32,000 nucleotides of DNA from Synechocystis sp. PCC 6803 substr. PCC-P (GCF_000284455.1 NC_017039.1:420001-452000); one strand, 5' to 3'; positions 7,879-17,462 are shown, numbered from the stretch's first letter. Numbers and translations: made by a program. Notes: a model not told the origin generated them from the sequence alone.

Positions 7879-8646
7879 TCAGTTAGCAGAGGCGGAAGTT
7901 TTGACCATTTGGCAACATTCCACCACGGGGGCCTCCGCCCAGGTTTTAAATCCCCCCGACTCCAGAAATTCCTGCCATTCTTCGGGTTCCTCCTTGGCGA
8001 TCGCCGCTAGGGCATTCAGGGCATCCAACCACAGGCCCTGTTCCGCATAAAATGCCGCCTTTGCTAGGGAAGAATCAGGCTTAGTGGGGGAAGGAGCTAG
8101 GGGAGTATAGTTCACTGTCAGCTCCACTGTGAGATTATCTGCGGCGTTATTGGCATCACAAATAAGGGTCAAAGTAACGTTATAAAAATCATCCTTAATG
8201 GCATTATCCGGCAAGGTAACAGGGAAACGAACAATGCCCCCTTCCTTCGACACAGCGAAAGTCGTTTGATTTTGCGCCTTAGTAATGGGGTCTGCCAACT
8301 GTACCTTGGCTGTCACCTCCGACTGGGGAGGCACATAGGCATAGATAAAAGTTTCTTTGTTGGCGGTATTGTGGAAGCCGCTGCCTTGGTTATAATCACC
8401 GGGAATTAAAAGCTGAAAGGGTAAGTTAGCCTTGGTTAAACAACTACCACCGCTAGTTTGTCTGACTCCCCCACCCCCACTGGTGGCCGTTTGTCCTCGG
8501 TCAGTATTTGCTTGAGGAAACTTTAGGGCTATTAACTGGGAGGAAGATTTAACCGTGGAGCCATAGGAGGGGGAAATACCAAAGGGGAAAGCGAGGGCTA
8601 AACCCATCAATCCAGCAAAAAGTAACTTTCCTGGGCGGTTAGACAT
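7879..8646 (-). CDS. Secreted DUF928-family protein
   Basis: A signal peptide begins at internal ATG 8646 (MSNRPGKLLFAGLMGLALAF). The ORF track extends to TTG at 8700. The Gly-rich GGGGVRQTSGGSC block is followed by LLIPGD...ETFIYAYVPP, which fits the DUF928 pattern as I recall it. Confidence 0.7.
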   Translation of the reverse strand: MSNRPGKLLFAGLMGLALAFPFGISPSYGSTVKSSSQLIALKFPQANTDRGQTATSGGGGVRQTSGGSCLTKANLPFQLLIPGDYNQGSGFHNTANKETFIYAYVPPQSEVTAKVQLADPITKAQNQTTFAVSKEGGIVRFPVTLPDNAIKDDFYNVTLTLICDANNAADNLTVELTVNYTPLAPSPTKPDSSLAKAAFYAEQGLWLDALNALAAIAKEEPEEWQEFLESGGFKTWAEAPVVECCQMVKTSASAN

Positions 8647-8720
8647 AATTAACGCTGCCTGGGCAGGACAAAGGGCAAAAACAGAGTCATTTTTACCCAA
8701 GATAACAAACTATCTACCCC

Positions 8721-9716
8721 TTACTTTTGTAAATGCCGGTTAAAAAATTGGCTCAGTTCCCTAAAAACCTCTGCCGATTCCGGTGTGTCAAATTCGTAGA
8801 GATATTCAGCATGGGAAAGACCTTCAAATAGCTGTAAATCCACCGGCACCTTGTTTTGTCTCAGTTTTCTTTGTAGTCGGGCCGTGTCGCTCAGCAATAA
8901 ATCTCTAGTACCACTAATGAGTAGGGTAGGAGGTAAACCAGCTAAATCATTGTAAATAGGTGAAATAAGCGGATGGGTGAGGGGTAATTCTCCCGCATAA
9001 AGTCGGGCCAAACCTTCAATCAGACCGTCGTAGCTAATGGCAGTGCGGTCAACATATTCATTGGTGAAGTGGGTATCTCCAGTTTTGGTTAAATCTACCC
9101 AGGGGGACAAAGGGGCGATCGCCGCTGGTAGGGGCAAATTAAGTTGCCGCAGTTGACAAACCAGGGCTAGCAATAAACCGCCCCCCGCAGAGGTACCGAA
9201 CAGGGCTAACCGATTAACATCATGGGTTTTCACCAACTCCTGCCACATGACCAAAGCATCTTCCAATGCCGCTGGAAAAGGGTAATTGGGTGGCTGACGG
9301 TAATCAATACTAATTACTCCCACCTGACCGTAGTGGGCCGCTAAGACTGCTTCCCCCGTCCCCAGTTCTCCGCCGGCCAAAGCGTAACCGCCCCCGTGGA
9401 GATGCACCCAAATTCTTTGGCTATTTTCCGGACTAATGATTGGAGGAGTCACTCGATAAACATTTACCCCGGCGATGCTTTTCTTGGTCAACGTCACCGG
9501 AAATTGTTGCCGTAATTTTTGCCATAAAACTTGGCTAGCTTGGTCATAGGCGGCAATGAGAGTTTGCCAGGCTGGTTTATCCTCCAGAGGCGGGATATTT
9601 TTGATTGCTTCCATGGCCCCTTGCAACGATTGGGCGATCGCCTTTTTTAAGGCTGGGCTAACGCTGGCCGGTACGGGCAAGGAACGGGACGGCAATGGGC
9701 GAGGGGCATAAACCAT
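8721..9716 (-). CDS. Alpha/beta-hydrolase, hormone-sensitive-lipase-type (family IV) esterase or lipase
   Basis: The 331-aa product has the oxyanion motif HLHGGGY and the nucleophile elbow GTSAGG, with downstream Asp and His candidates (DLLLSD, LSHAE). Confidence 0.85.
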   Translation of the reverse strand: MVYAPRPLPSRSLPVPASVSPALKKAIAQSLQGAMEAIKNIPPLEDKPAWQTLIAAYDQASQVLWQKLRQQFPVTLTKKSIAGVNVYRVTPPIISPENSQRIWVHLHGGGYALAGGELGTGEAVLAAHYGQVGVISIDYRQPPNYPFPAALEDALVMWQELVKTHDVNRLALFGTSAGGGLLLALVCQLRQLNLPLPAAIAPLSPWVDLTKTGDTHFTNEYVDRTAISYDGLIEGLARLYAGELPLTHPLISPIYNDLAGLPPTLLISGTRDLLLSDTARLQRKLRQNKVPVDLQLFEGLSHAEYLYEFDTPESAEVFRELSQFFNRHLQK

Positions 9717-9911
9717 GGTTTGGTCAGAAACAAAACAATTTTTCTATTAAGTTTTATCAAGCTTAATGGCAAAATTTAACTTTAAAATTAACTTCAAAAT
9801 CTGTTGGACATAATGGCGTAACTTAAACTGGGGATAAACCAGCTTTGGCTATGGAAAAGTCTCTGTACAATGGTCCAATGTTAACCAAATATACACAGTG
9901 GAATACCAATT

Positions 9912-10271
9912 ATGACTAACCAACCCAACCAAGTGGATCCAGAAAGCAGAAATTGGGCCATGATCGCCCATCTGAGCACCTTTGCCGGCTACTTGATCCC
10001 TTTTGGTAACATCATCGGTCCTTTGGTGGTGTGGCTAATGAAAAAAGATGAGTCCGAATTTGTTAATGATCAGGCTAAGGAAGCGTTAAATTTCCAAATT
10101 AGTATCTTAATTTATGTGATTGTTTCCGCCGTCTTGATTCTCTTATTAATTGGCATTCCCCTTTTAATTGGTGTTTTGATTTTTGACTTAGTAGTAACAA
10201 TTATGGCGGCCATTAAAGCCAATGAAGGAATCCGGTACCGCTATCCCCTCAAAATCACCTTTATCAAATAG
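9912..10271 (+). CDS. Small membrane protein, DUF4870 family
   Basis: The 119-aa product has RNWAMIAHLS...GNIIGPLVVWLMKKDESEFVNDQAKEALNFQIS, a pattern I recognise as DUF4870. It has two to three TM segments. Confidence 0.8.
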   Translation: MTNQPNQVDPESRNWAMIAHLSTFAGYLIPFGNIIGPLVVWLMKKDESEFVNDQAKEALNFQISILIYVIVSAVLILLLIGIPLLIGVLIFDLVVTIMAAIKANEGIRYRYPLKITFIK

Positions 10272-10388
10272 TTGCTCAACAAATAAGTAGATTAACTGAT
10301 GACTTATCAGCAGCTTGTTGACTGTCGGTTAAAGTTTACTTAAGTCTTTGAACTACTAGCGTTAGAACTTATTTGAAAAGTTTTATTC

Positions 10389-10481
10389 TGCCCCCTAAAT
10401 CTCCTCACTAAAGCTCCGGCAATACTGGGGGTCTTTTGTAAGAGTTCCCCCCTTTCTAAGGGGGGCTAGGGGGGATTAAAC
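10389..10481. repeat. Structured GC-hairpin intergenic repeat, copy A
   Basis: tgccccctaaat...caatactggggg...cccccc-tttctaa-gggggg-ctagggggg-attaaac. It shares its framework with 27834-27912. The C6/G6 hairpin is at 10447-10465. It lies between two convergent stop codons (10271 and 10526). Confidence 0.8.
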
Positions 10482-10525
10482 AGCCAAAACTCAACTTTTT
10501 AAAAAGGCTCTTAAGCTTGAATTAA

Positions 10526-11146
10526 TTAACTTGCCAAAACCTTAGTTGGTAAATAATGTTCAACAAAATCTACCACGGTACTTAATCCAGTGGCTGTTTT
10601 CAAGTTAGTAAAGACAAAGGGTTTTTCCCCCCGCATTTTTTTTGCATCCCGATCCATGATTCCCAAATCTGCCCCCACCATCGGTGCTAAATCAATCTTA
10701 TTAATCACCAATAAATCTGATTTGGTAATGCCTGGGCCGCCCTTACGGGGAATTTTGTCCCCCGCCGCTACGTCAATGACATAGAGGGTTAAATCCACCA
10801 ATTCCGGGCTAAAGGTGGCTGCTAAATTATCTCCCCCACTCTCCAAAAACACCATATCCAGGGGCATAAAACGGGCCTCTAAATCGGCGATCGCCGCTAG
10901 GTTGAGACTAGCATCTTCTCGAATGGCCGTGTGGGGACACCCTCCAGTTTCTACCCCAAGGATGCGATCGGGGGTGAGGGCTTCCGCTCGGACTAAAAAT
11001 TGGGCATCTTCCTGAGTGTAAATATCGTTAGTGACCACAGCCAATTGATATTTTTGCCTCAAGGCTTTGCAGAGGGCTTCCAAAAGGGCCGTTTTGCCAG
11101 AGCCCACAGGGCCAGCAATGCCAATGCGGAGGGGAGTTTGAGCCAT
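10526..11146 (-). CDS. ureG: Urease accessory GTPase UreG
   Basis: The 206-aa product has the P-loop [10 protein letters not shown], then [25 protein letters not shown] and ESGGDNL blocks, which are diagnostic of UreG. Confidence 0.95.
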   Translation of the reverse strand: MAQTPLRIGIAGPVGSGKTALLEALCKALRQKYQLAVVTNDIYTQEDAQFLVRAEALTPDRILGVETGGCPHTAIREDASLNLAAIADLEARFMPLDMVFLESGGDNLAATFSPELVDLTLYVIDVAAGDKIPRKGGPGITKSDLLVINKIDLAPMVGADLGIMDRDAKKMRGEKPFVFTNLKTATGLSTVVDFVEHYLPTKVLAS

Positions 11147-11451
11147 GGTACTAAATGGTACTAACAGGAAAAAAATATGAAGATAGGCTTTCAGTGTACC
11201 GTCTAATTTATATTTTCTTCCGTTGATTTGCCGGGGCAGGGTTGGTTAGGCCGATGTTAGAATTTATTTATGGGCAAAAGTTCTGTATCTCTCTCAATGC
11301 TTTGTCGCAAGGGCTTTTAGTCGCTGAGAAAACTCCAGAAATTTTGAACTCCCTAAGCCTCACTATCAGATAATTTCAGCGTTCTGAGAAAGTTTCTTGC
11401 CTACCGCCATTACCCCAGCTAACCCCTACTTCGGAATATCTGCGAACTTTT

Positions 11452-12897
11452 GTGACTTTTTACCAGCGCAGACTGCACGTTTTACTGATTGAAGATCAGC
11501 AATGCCAGGTGGAATTGCTCAAGGTTTTACTGGAAAGTCAATCTTTTTTTGCGGTACAGCTCCAGGTGACCCGGACCCTAGCCCAGGGCGTTAATCGCCT
11601 CCAGAGTGGTATTTTCGACACCATTTTACTAGATTTATTTTTACCCGATGGCCAGGGGATTGAAGCCTTGAGGACCGTGCAGAAGTTTGCGCCCCATATT
11701 CCCATTATTGTGCTAACGGCGGCCACAGACTTAAACATGGGTTTGGCGGCCTTACAAAAGGGAGCGGAGGATTATTTAGTTAAGGAACACCTGCGGGAAA
11801 GTCAGATTGCCAAATCAATTCTCTATGCTTTGGAAAGGAAAAAAGCTCGGCGAGAATTGCAGGTACAGATTGAACGGGAACGATTAATGGCCCGCATTCT
11901 GGAAGAAATTCGCCAGTCCTTGGATTTATCGGTTATTTTGCAGACCACTGTGGATGAGGTACGTAAATTTCTCCAGGCAGACCAAGTGGTTATTTACCGT
12001 TGCTATTCCCCCAGGGCAAGCAGAATTCTGGTGGCGGCCCCGAGTTCTTCCCTCCCAGCCAATGGCGATCGCCGTCATATCCCCGAGCGGGGACCGGATT
12101 CCAACGGTGAACCAACGGAACCGATTCCTTGCCAAACTATCAATTCCCTCCGTCAACTTCCCCTGGACGAAATAACCTTGGGGCCCAGGGCTAAAGACGG
12201 GGTGCTTATAATCCCTATCCGGCCCCAAAAGCCCCATCAAGAGGATTGCCTTTGGGGGCAATTGGTTGTCCGGGTCGGAGACCAAAAACGGTCATGGTTG
12301 CCCTGGGAAATAGAATTTTTGTGCCATCTCAGCAGTCAAGTGGCGATCGCCATTCAACAATCGGCCCTATTTGCCCAAGTGCATTACCTAGCTAACATGG
12401 ATGGGCTCACAGGCATTGCTAATCGCCGCTATTTAGACCACTTTTTAGAGCAACAATGGCAAAAATTGGCCAAGCATCATCAATATCTCAGTTTAATTTT
12501 GTGCGACATCGATTTTTTTAAACAATATAACGACACCTATGGTCATTTAGAAGGGGATGAATGCTTAAAAAAAGTAGCCAATTTGCTCAAAAAAGTAATG
12601 CGTCGGGGAACGGATTTAACGGCCCGTTATGGGGGGGAAGAATTCGCCCTGGTATTACCCCAAACCAACAAGCAAGGCTGTCAAAATGTGGTAATTCATC
12701 TCCAAAGTGTGTTTAAACAGGCCCAAATTCCCCACCGCAGTTCCATTATCCAACCCTATCTCACCCTCAGCATTGGTAGTGCCACCATGGTGCCGCTCCC
12801 TAATGTACCACCAAAACAGTTAATTGACTGGGCAGATCAGGCTTTATTTAAAGCGAAAAAAGCTGGTCGTAACTGTCACTTTAGTTTTGCCGATTAA
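11452..12897 (+). CDS. Response-regulator receiver, GAF and GGDEF diguanylate cyclase
   Basis: It starts at GTG. The receiver has HVLLIEDQ and ILLDLFLPDG. A GAF-like middle region follows (LDLSVILQTTVDEVRKFLQADQVVIYR). The GGDEF domain has an intact RYGGEEF and an RGTD I-site motif exactly 5 residues upstream. Confidence 0.88.
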   Translation: MTFYQRRLHVLLIEDQQCQVELLKVLLESQSFFAVQLQVTRTLAQGVNRLQSGIFDTILLDLFLPDGQGIEALRTVQKFAPHIPIIVLTAATDLNMGLAALQKGAEDYLVKEHLRESQIAKSILYALERKKARRELQVQIERERLMARILEEIRQSLDLSVILQTTVDEVRKFLQADQVVIYRCYSPRASRILVAAPSSSLPANGDRRHIPERGPDSNGEPTEPIPCQTINSLRQLPLDEITLGPRAKDGVLIIPIRPQKPHQEDCLWGQLVVRVGDQKRSWLPWEIEFLCHLSSQVAIAIQQSALFAQVHYLANMDGLTGIANRRYLDHFLEQQWQKLAKHHQYLSLILCDIDFFKQYNDTYGHLEGDECLKKVANLLKKVMRRGTDLTARYGGEEFALVLPQTNKQGCQNVVIHLQSVFKQAQIPHRSSIIQPYLTLSIGSATMVPLPNVPPKQLIDWADQALFKAKKAGRNCHFSFAD

Positions 12898-14410
12898 TTT
12901 GGTAAAGATAATACTGCTCTTCTTGAATAAAGCTATGGCGAAATTCTGCCAAGGGAGTAATGCTTAAACCGGGCTGGCTTACTTCTAAAGGAGTGTTTAA
13001 AATCAGAATTATCGGTGGGCTTAGCTTAAGTCCCAATTGTTGATCAATTTGTTGCAAAATTTGCTGTTGATTCACTTCCTGTCGTTCGGCGGTAAAAATC
13101 ACAAAACTACCTAAAGCGCGACTTTCTGGATAATAAATTTTTCTGTTTAAGTGGGCAGCAATGGGACTGGCCATAAAATCGTTACTGCCTACTAAAGTTG
13201 CTTCTTGTAGGCCTTGATCAACTAAATAATTGGCCACTGCTCGACTAGCAGAATAGGGCAAAAGTAAGTCCCTGCCGTATCCTACTAAACCGCCGATTAA
13301 TTGACAAACTAAAATTAAAGTAAATAAATAAGGGACTAGTTTTTGACTCCATTGTTTAGCCCTAGATAGAACTTTTTCTTTCAACAGGGGATTGGGAGAG
13401 AGGTAAAACTTCAACCAATAACTAGCAATTAAAACCAAATATAGACTGCCAAAATGCCGAGGAGCTCCCAAAAATCTACCGTAGGTAAATAGTAAAATAG
13501 CGCCACTGCCCAACCAATAAAATAATAAAATCAGTGGATAATCGCTAAAATATAAGGACCAAATTGTGAACAGGATGAGGGAAAAAATGCTGAAAATTCC
13601 CAGATCCAACGGTCGGCGATCGGAAGGGACTAAAATCGTAATGTAACCATTCCAAACTCGGCTCAATGCTTGCCCTAAACGATACCAATCCCATTGCAAA
13701 ATCCATTGGTCTGCCCCACCATGGAGGGTGCTGTCCCCTGGTTGTACCATTACCACCACCGACAGGGCCACAGCCGCAGCGAAGAATAAAATACTAAGCA
13801 ACCTGTCCCACCAAGGGGCCTGTAACGTCACTCCCAAGGGTTTTTGCCAAATCCATTCCCCCCCCAAGGCGATCGCCAAGCAGACACTAATCATGAGGGC
13901 ATAGGCATTGCTGTTGGCCATGAAGGCTAAACAGAAAGCCAGAGGTAAATAGGTTTGCTTTCTGCGGGGAAATAGGGCACAAAAGGCGAACAATCCCAGT
14001 AATCCCAACGCATAGTTACGACTGATCAGTAAATATTCATAAAAAGGCAAATAGCCAAGGGAGAAAATTAACTTTTGCCAACGGGGAAAGGGGCTGTAAC
14101 GCAGAAAAACGGCGATCGCCGCCATGGCCAGAGCGAGATGAAATAGCTGCATGGCCAGCAAGTTGGGGGTCAGTTGATTCAACAACCAGAGCAACCCATA
14201 CCAAAGCAGGGGATGGCCTTCGTAGCGCACATTACGCCAAAAATCAGCAAAATCAACACTATCCCGGCCAATTAGCCAGCCATTGACCTCATCCCGCCAA
14301 GGAGCATGGTTTAACGTCCCTATCAGCCCCAGGCAAAAAATGCCCAGCCAGAGCCACCATTCAAAGTGCGGCAGGCGATCGAGACGATGGGCAAGATTTA
14401 GTTTGGCCAT
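12881..14410 (-). CDS. Polytopic integral membrane protein of unknown function, possibly a GT-C-like glycosyltransferase
   Basis: The 509-aa product has more than 10 predicted TM helices and an acidic WRDE motif in the first loop, reminiscent of ArnT/PMT-type GT-C enzymes. The CDS is well supported. The functional call is weak. Confidence 0.6.
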   Translation of the reverse strand: MAKLNLAHRLDRLPHFEWWLWLGIFCLGLIGTLNHAPWRDEVNGWLIGRDSVDFADFWRNVRYEGHPLLWYGLLWLLNQLTPNLLAMQLFHLALAMAAIAVFLRYSPFPRWQKLIFSLGYLPFYEYLLISRNYALGLLGLFAFCALFPRRKQTYLPLAFCLAFMANSNAYALMISVCLAIALGGEWIWQKPLGVTLQAPWWDRLLSILFFAAAVALSVVVMVQPGDSTLHGGADQWILQWDWYRLGQALSRVWNGYITILVPSDRRPLDLGIFSIFSLILFTIWSLYFSDYPLILLFYWLGSGAILLFTYGRFLGAPRHFGSLYLVLIASYWLKFYLSPNPLLKEKVLSRAKQWSQKLVPYLFTLILVCQLIGGLVGYGRDLLLPYSASRAVANYLVDQGLQEATLVGSNDFMASPIAAHLNRKIYYPESRALGSFVIFTAERQEVNQQQILQQIDQQLGLKLSPPIILILNTPLEVSQPGLSITPLAEFRHSFIQEEQYYLYQINRQN

Positions 14411-14421
14411 GGAGAAGGGGT

Positions 14422-16260
14422 TTAATTTGTTGGCTGGACACCGTAAATCAGCATTACCAATAGGGGTGTGGCTAGGGTGAGGATAACAGTCAAAGGAGCG
14501 CCAATGCGGGCAAAATCTGTAAAACGGTAACCCCCAGGGCCATAGACCATGGTGTTGGTTTGGTAGCCAATGGGGGACATAAAGCTATTGGAAGCGGCAA
14601 AGGTAACCACAAACATAAACGCTAACGGATTTAAACCCAAGCTTTGGGCCACTTGGAAGGCAATGGGTAACATCAACACCACGGTGGCATTGTTGGACAA
14701 AATTTCCGTTAGCAGAGCTGTGGCAAGATAAAACAAGAGCAATAGAGCGTAGCCAGAAAGGTGGCCTCCTGCATCGGCCAAAAAGCTAGCAAACCAGGCG
14801 GTGGTGCCGGAATTTTCCATGGCAGTGCCTAGGGGAATTAACCCTGCCAACAGAAAAATCACATCCCAACGGATAGCACCATAAATTTCCCCCGGCTTCA
14901 GGCAACCACTAATCACCATGGCCATTACCCCGGCCCAACTGGTGACGCTAATGGGCAAAATATCCAATCCTGCGATGACAATGACCAAAGCCACAATGGC
15001 GATCGCCGTTTTGGCCTTATCAAGACGGAGATTATCCAAGGGTTTTTCTTCCAATACCAACAATTCCCTAGTAGTCTGCAAACCAAGGAAACTTTCCCTA
15101 GGTCCCTGGAGTAGTAGTAAATCGCCAAACTTGAGGCGCACCTTTCCCAAGCGCTGGCGAATTAATTCCTCCCCCCGGCGAATGGCAATCACTGTGGCGT
15201 TATAGCGTTGACGAAAGCGTAAATCCTTCAGGGTGGAACCAATTAAACGGGAGTTAGAGAGAATTAACACCTCCGCCACCTTTTCTTCGGAAGATTCCAG
15301 AGGCCCTGCATTATTGGTTTCGGCGCTAACAAATTGCACATCGGCCAGGATTTCAATACCTCGTTCGTCCTTAATTCTGAGTAAATCTTCCCGCCCCGCC
15401 CGCACCAGCAAAATATCCCCCATGGTCAACACCCGATCCGCCAACGGTTGGGGAAAATGGGTATCGTTATGGATAATTTCCAACACATCAATGTCAAATT
15501 TACGCTGAATTTCGCTCTGCCGCAGGGTTTGACCAATCAGGCTAGAACGGGGAGGAATAATAATTTCGCTGACATAGTCTTTAATTTGATACTCCGCCGC
15601 CACATTGCCATCGGAAATATTACGTCTAGCCGGTAAGAGTATCGGGGCCGCTAGGACAATGTAGATCAAACCAACACTGAAAGTGAGTAAGCCCAGGGGA
15701 GTGAATTGGAAAATGCTAAACCCCTGGCCAGTCAATTTTTCTGCCAAACCGCTGGCAAGAATATTGGTGGAAGTACCCAGGAGGGTAATCATTCCCCCCA
15801 GAATGGTGGCGTAGGAGAGGGGAATTAATAGTTTGGAAACGGAGATTTGTCTTTGCCTGGCCCACTCTTCAATGATGGGCAAAAAGATCGCCACGATCGC
15901 CGTGTTGTTGAGAAAGGCAGAGCTGGGGCCGACGATAAACCCCATCAGTAAAAGTTGTCTGCGTAAACTATCGCCGCCAAATTTGATCAGGCTATCGCGA
16001 ATAATTTGGATAATGCCGGTGCGGGTAATGCCGTAGCTTAAAATAAACATGGCCATGATGGTGACGGTGGCGGAATTGCTAAACCCCGCAATCCCCTCCG
16101 TGGGGGTGACCAAACCCAACACCATTAAAATTACAGCCACCAGAATGGCGGTGGTGTCGATGGGTAACCACTCCAACACAAACATCACCAGCGCAAAAAC
16201 AATAACTGCCAGAGTGAGGGGAATTTGATAGTCTGCCAGCCAGGTTTGCAAAAAGGCCAT
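14422..16260 (-). CDS. SLC13/DASS-family anion:sodium symporter with a central tandem TrkA-C (RCK_C) region
   Basis: The 612-aa product has two hydrophobic halves flanking a soluble segment of about 200 aa that contains two RCK_C-like repeats (GQTLRQSEIQRKFDIDVLEI and GSTLKDLRFRQRYNATVIAIRR). Confidence 0.85.
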   Translation of the reverse strand: MAFLQTWLADYQIPLTLAVIVFALVMFVLEWLPIDTTAILVAVILMVLGLVTPTEGIAGFSNSATVTIMAMFILSYGITRTGIIQIIRDSLIKFGGDSLRRQLLLMGFIVGPSSAFLNNTAIVAIFLPIIEEWARQRQISVSKLLIPLSYATILGGMITLLGTSTNILASGLAEKLTGQGFSIFQFTPLGLLTFSVGLIYIVLAAPILLPARRNISDGNVAAEYQIKDYVSEIIIPPRSSLIGQTLRQSEIQRKFDIDVLEIIHNDTHFPQPLADRVLTMGDILLVRAGREDLLRIKDERGIEILADVQFVSAETNNAGPLESSEEKVAEVLILSNSRLIGSTLKDLRFRQRYNATVIAIRRGEELIRQRLGKVRLKFGDLLLLQGPRESFLGLQTTRELLVLEEKPLDNLRLDKAKTAIAIVALVIVIAGLDILPISVTSWAGVMAMVISGCLKPGEIYGAIRWDVIFLLAGLIPLGTAMENSGTTAWFASFLADAGGHLSGYALLLLFYLATALLTEILSNNATVVLMLPIAFQVAQSLGLNPLAFMFVVTFAASNSFMSPIGYQTNTMVYGPGGYRFTDFARIGAPLTVILTLATPLLVMLIYGVQPTN

Positions 16261-16335
16261 AGTTATCCCAAAAGATGATTAAACAAATTCTTCCCCATTG
16301 CCAGCGAGTTCACAAGAGGAAATAGTCCGATAACA

Positions 16336-17367
16336 ATGCGTGTCATTCTGTGTGGTTACTACGGCCAAGACAATGCTGGGGATGAAGCCCTTTTAGTCTG
16401 TTTGCTGCAAATGCTTCCTGCGACGGTGGAGCCAGTGGTGCTCTCCGCCAATCCCCAGGTCACCACAGCGAGATACGGTGTTAAAGCCCACTACAACCGA
16501 GACTGGGGCAAAATTTGGCAGCTTTTGGGTCAATGTGACGGTTTTATCTGGGGGGGAGGCAGTTTGATGCAGGATGTGACCAGCGTGGTTAGTCCCCTAT
16601 ACTACGGTGGTTTGATGGCGATCGCCCAGATGCGGCGTTTAAAAACCATTGCCTGGGCCCAGGGCATTGGCCCCCTTAGAAGGCCGCCGTTGCGCTGGTT
16701 TACCCAACAGGTGCTCCGGGGTTGTAGCGGCATCAGCGTACGGGATCAAGCTTCTTTGCAATTAGTTAAACAATGGGGCTTAAAGGCTTTTTTAGCGGCG
16801 GATCCGGTGTGGTCTTTAGCCGCTGAAAATGCGTCTTCTTCCCCCAGCCCTTTGCCCATGGTGGCGGTGAATTTGCGGGCCCATCCTTTGTTAACCTTGG
16901 AACGCTTGGCGGTCATTACCGAAGCCCTAAGGGATTTTCAACACCAGACCCAAACCCATGTGCGGCTCATTCCCCTACAAAAATCCCAGGATTTGGCCAT
17001 TGCCGAAGCGATCGCCGTGGAATTGCCGGGGAGTCATGAAATTCTTTACCGCCCCGACCCCAGGGAATGTAAAGGTTTGTTCCGGGGGGCGGAATTCACC
17101 ATTGGCATGCGGCTCCACAGTTTAATCATGGCCGCGGCGGAGGGCAGTGCCTGCTTTGCCCTTAGTTATGACCCTAAAGTTAGTCGTTTAATCGCAGAGG
17201 TGGGACTACCGGGCCGGGAATTGGCGGATTTACCCAGGGATAGCAACGAACTCAGCCAGGTTTGGCAGGGACATTTCCGGCAAAGACAACCCTCTACCGG
17301 GGTAGAGTTCTTGCAAAAATCTGCCCTTCAGCATCAAACTTTGTTGCAGAAAATTTTTGTTGACTAG
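16336..17367 (+). CDS. csaB: Polysaccharide pyruvyl transferase, CsaB-type
   Basis: The 343-aa product has the N-terminal block ILCGYYGQDNAGDEALL and a C-terminal MRLHSLIMAA block typical of CsaB/PS_pyruv_trans proteins. Confidence 0.7.
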   Translation: MRVILCGYYGQDNAGDEALLVCLLQMLPATVEPVVLSANPQVTTARYGVKAHYNRDWGKIWQLLGQCDGFIWGGGSLMQDVTSVVSPLYYGGLMAIAQMRRLKTIAWAQGIGPLRRPPLRWFTQQVLRGCSGISVRDQASLQLVKQWGLKAFLAADPVWSLAAENASSSPSPLPMVAVNLRAHPLLTLERLAVITEALRDFQHQTQTHVRLIPLQKSQDLAIAEAIAVELPGSHEILYRPDPRECKGLFRGAEFTIGMRLHSLIMAAAEGSACFALSYDPKVSRLIAEVGLPGRELADLPRDSNELSQVWQGHFRQRQPSTGVEFLQKSALQHQTLLQKIFVD

Positions 17368-17462
17368 CTTTTCGGGTGGGAGTGTGGTATCTATAATAGC
17401 CCGAGGCAAAACATTGCCTATTTCACCAGCCTTACTGCGGAACCTTAAGCTTTATTTAACTA

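Noticed and set aside
9771-9794. An imperfect tandem, aaaatttaactt / aaaattaactt, in the divergent promoter region 9717-9911, together with a TACAAT box at 9866-9871.
   Set aside because: This is AT-rich, low-complexity sequence of the kind common in promoter regions. The candidate -35 (ttggct) sits at a non-optimal 15-nt spacing, so I do not call a promoter.
11145-11164. A perfect tandem duplication, atggtactaa-atggtactaa, overlapping the ureG start codon.
   Set aside because: It has only two units of 10 bp, creates no alternative in-frame start, and suggests no function. It is most simply a small slippage duplication.
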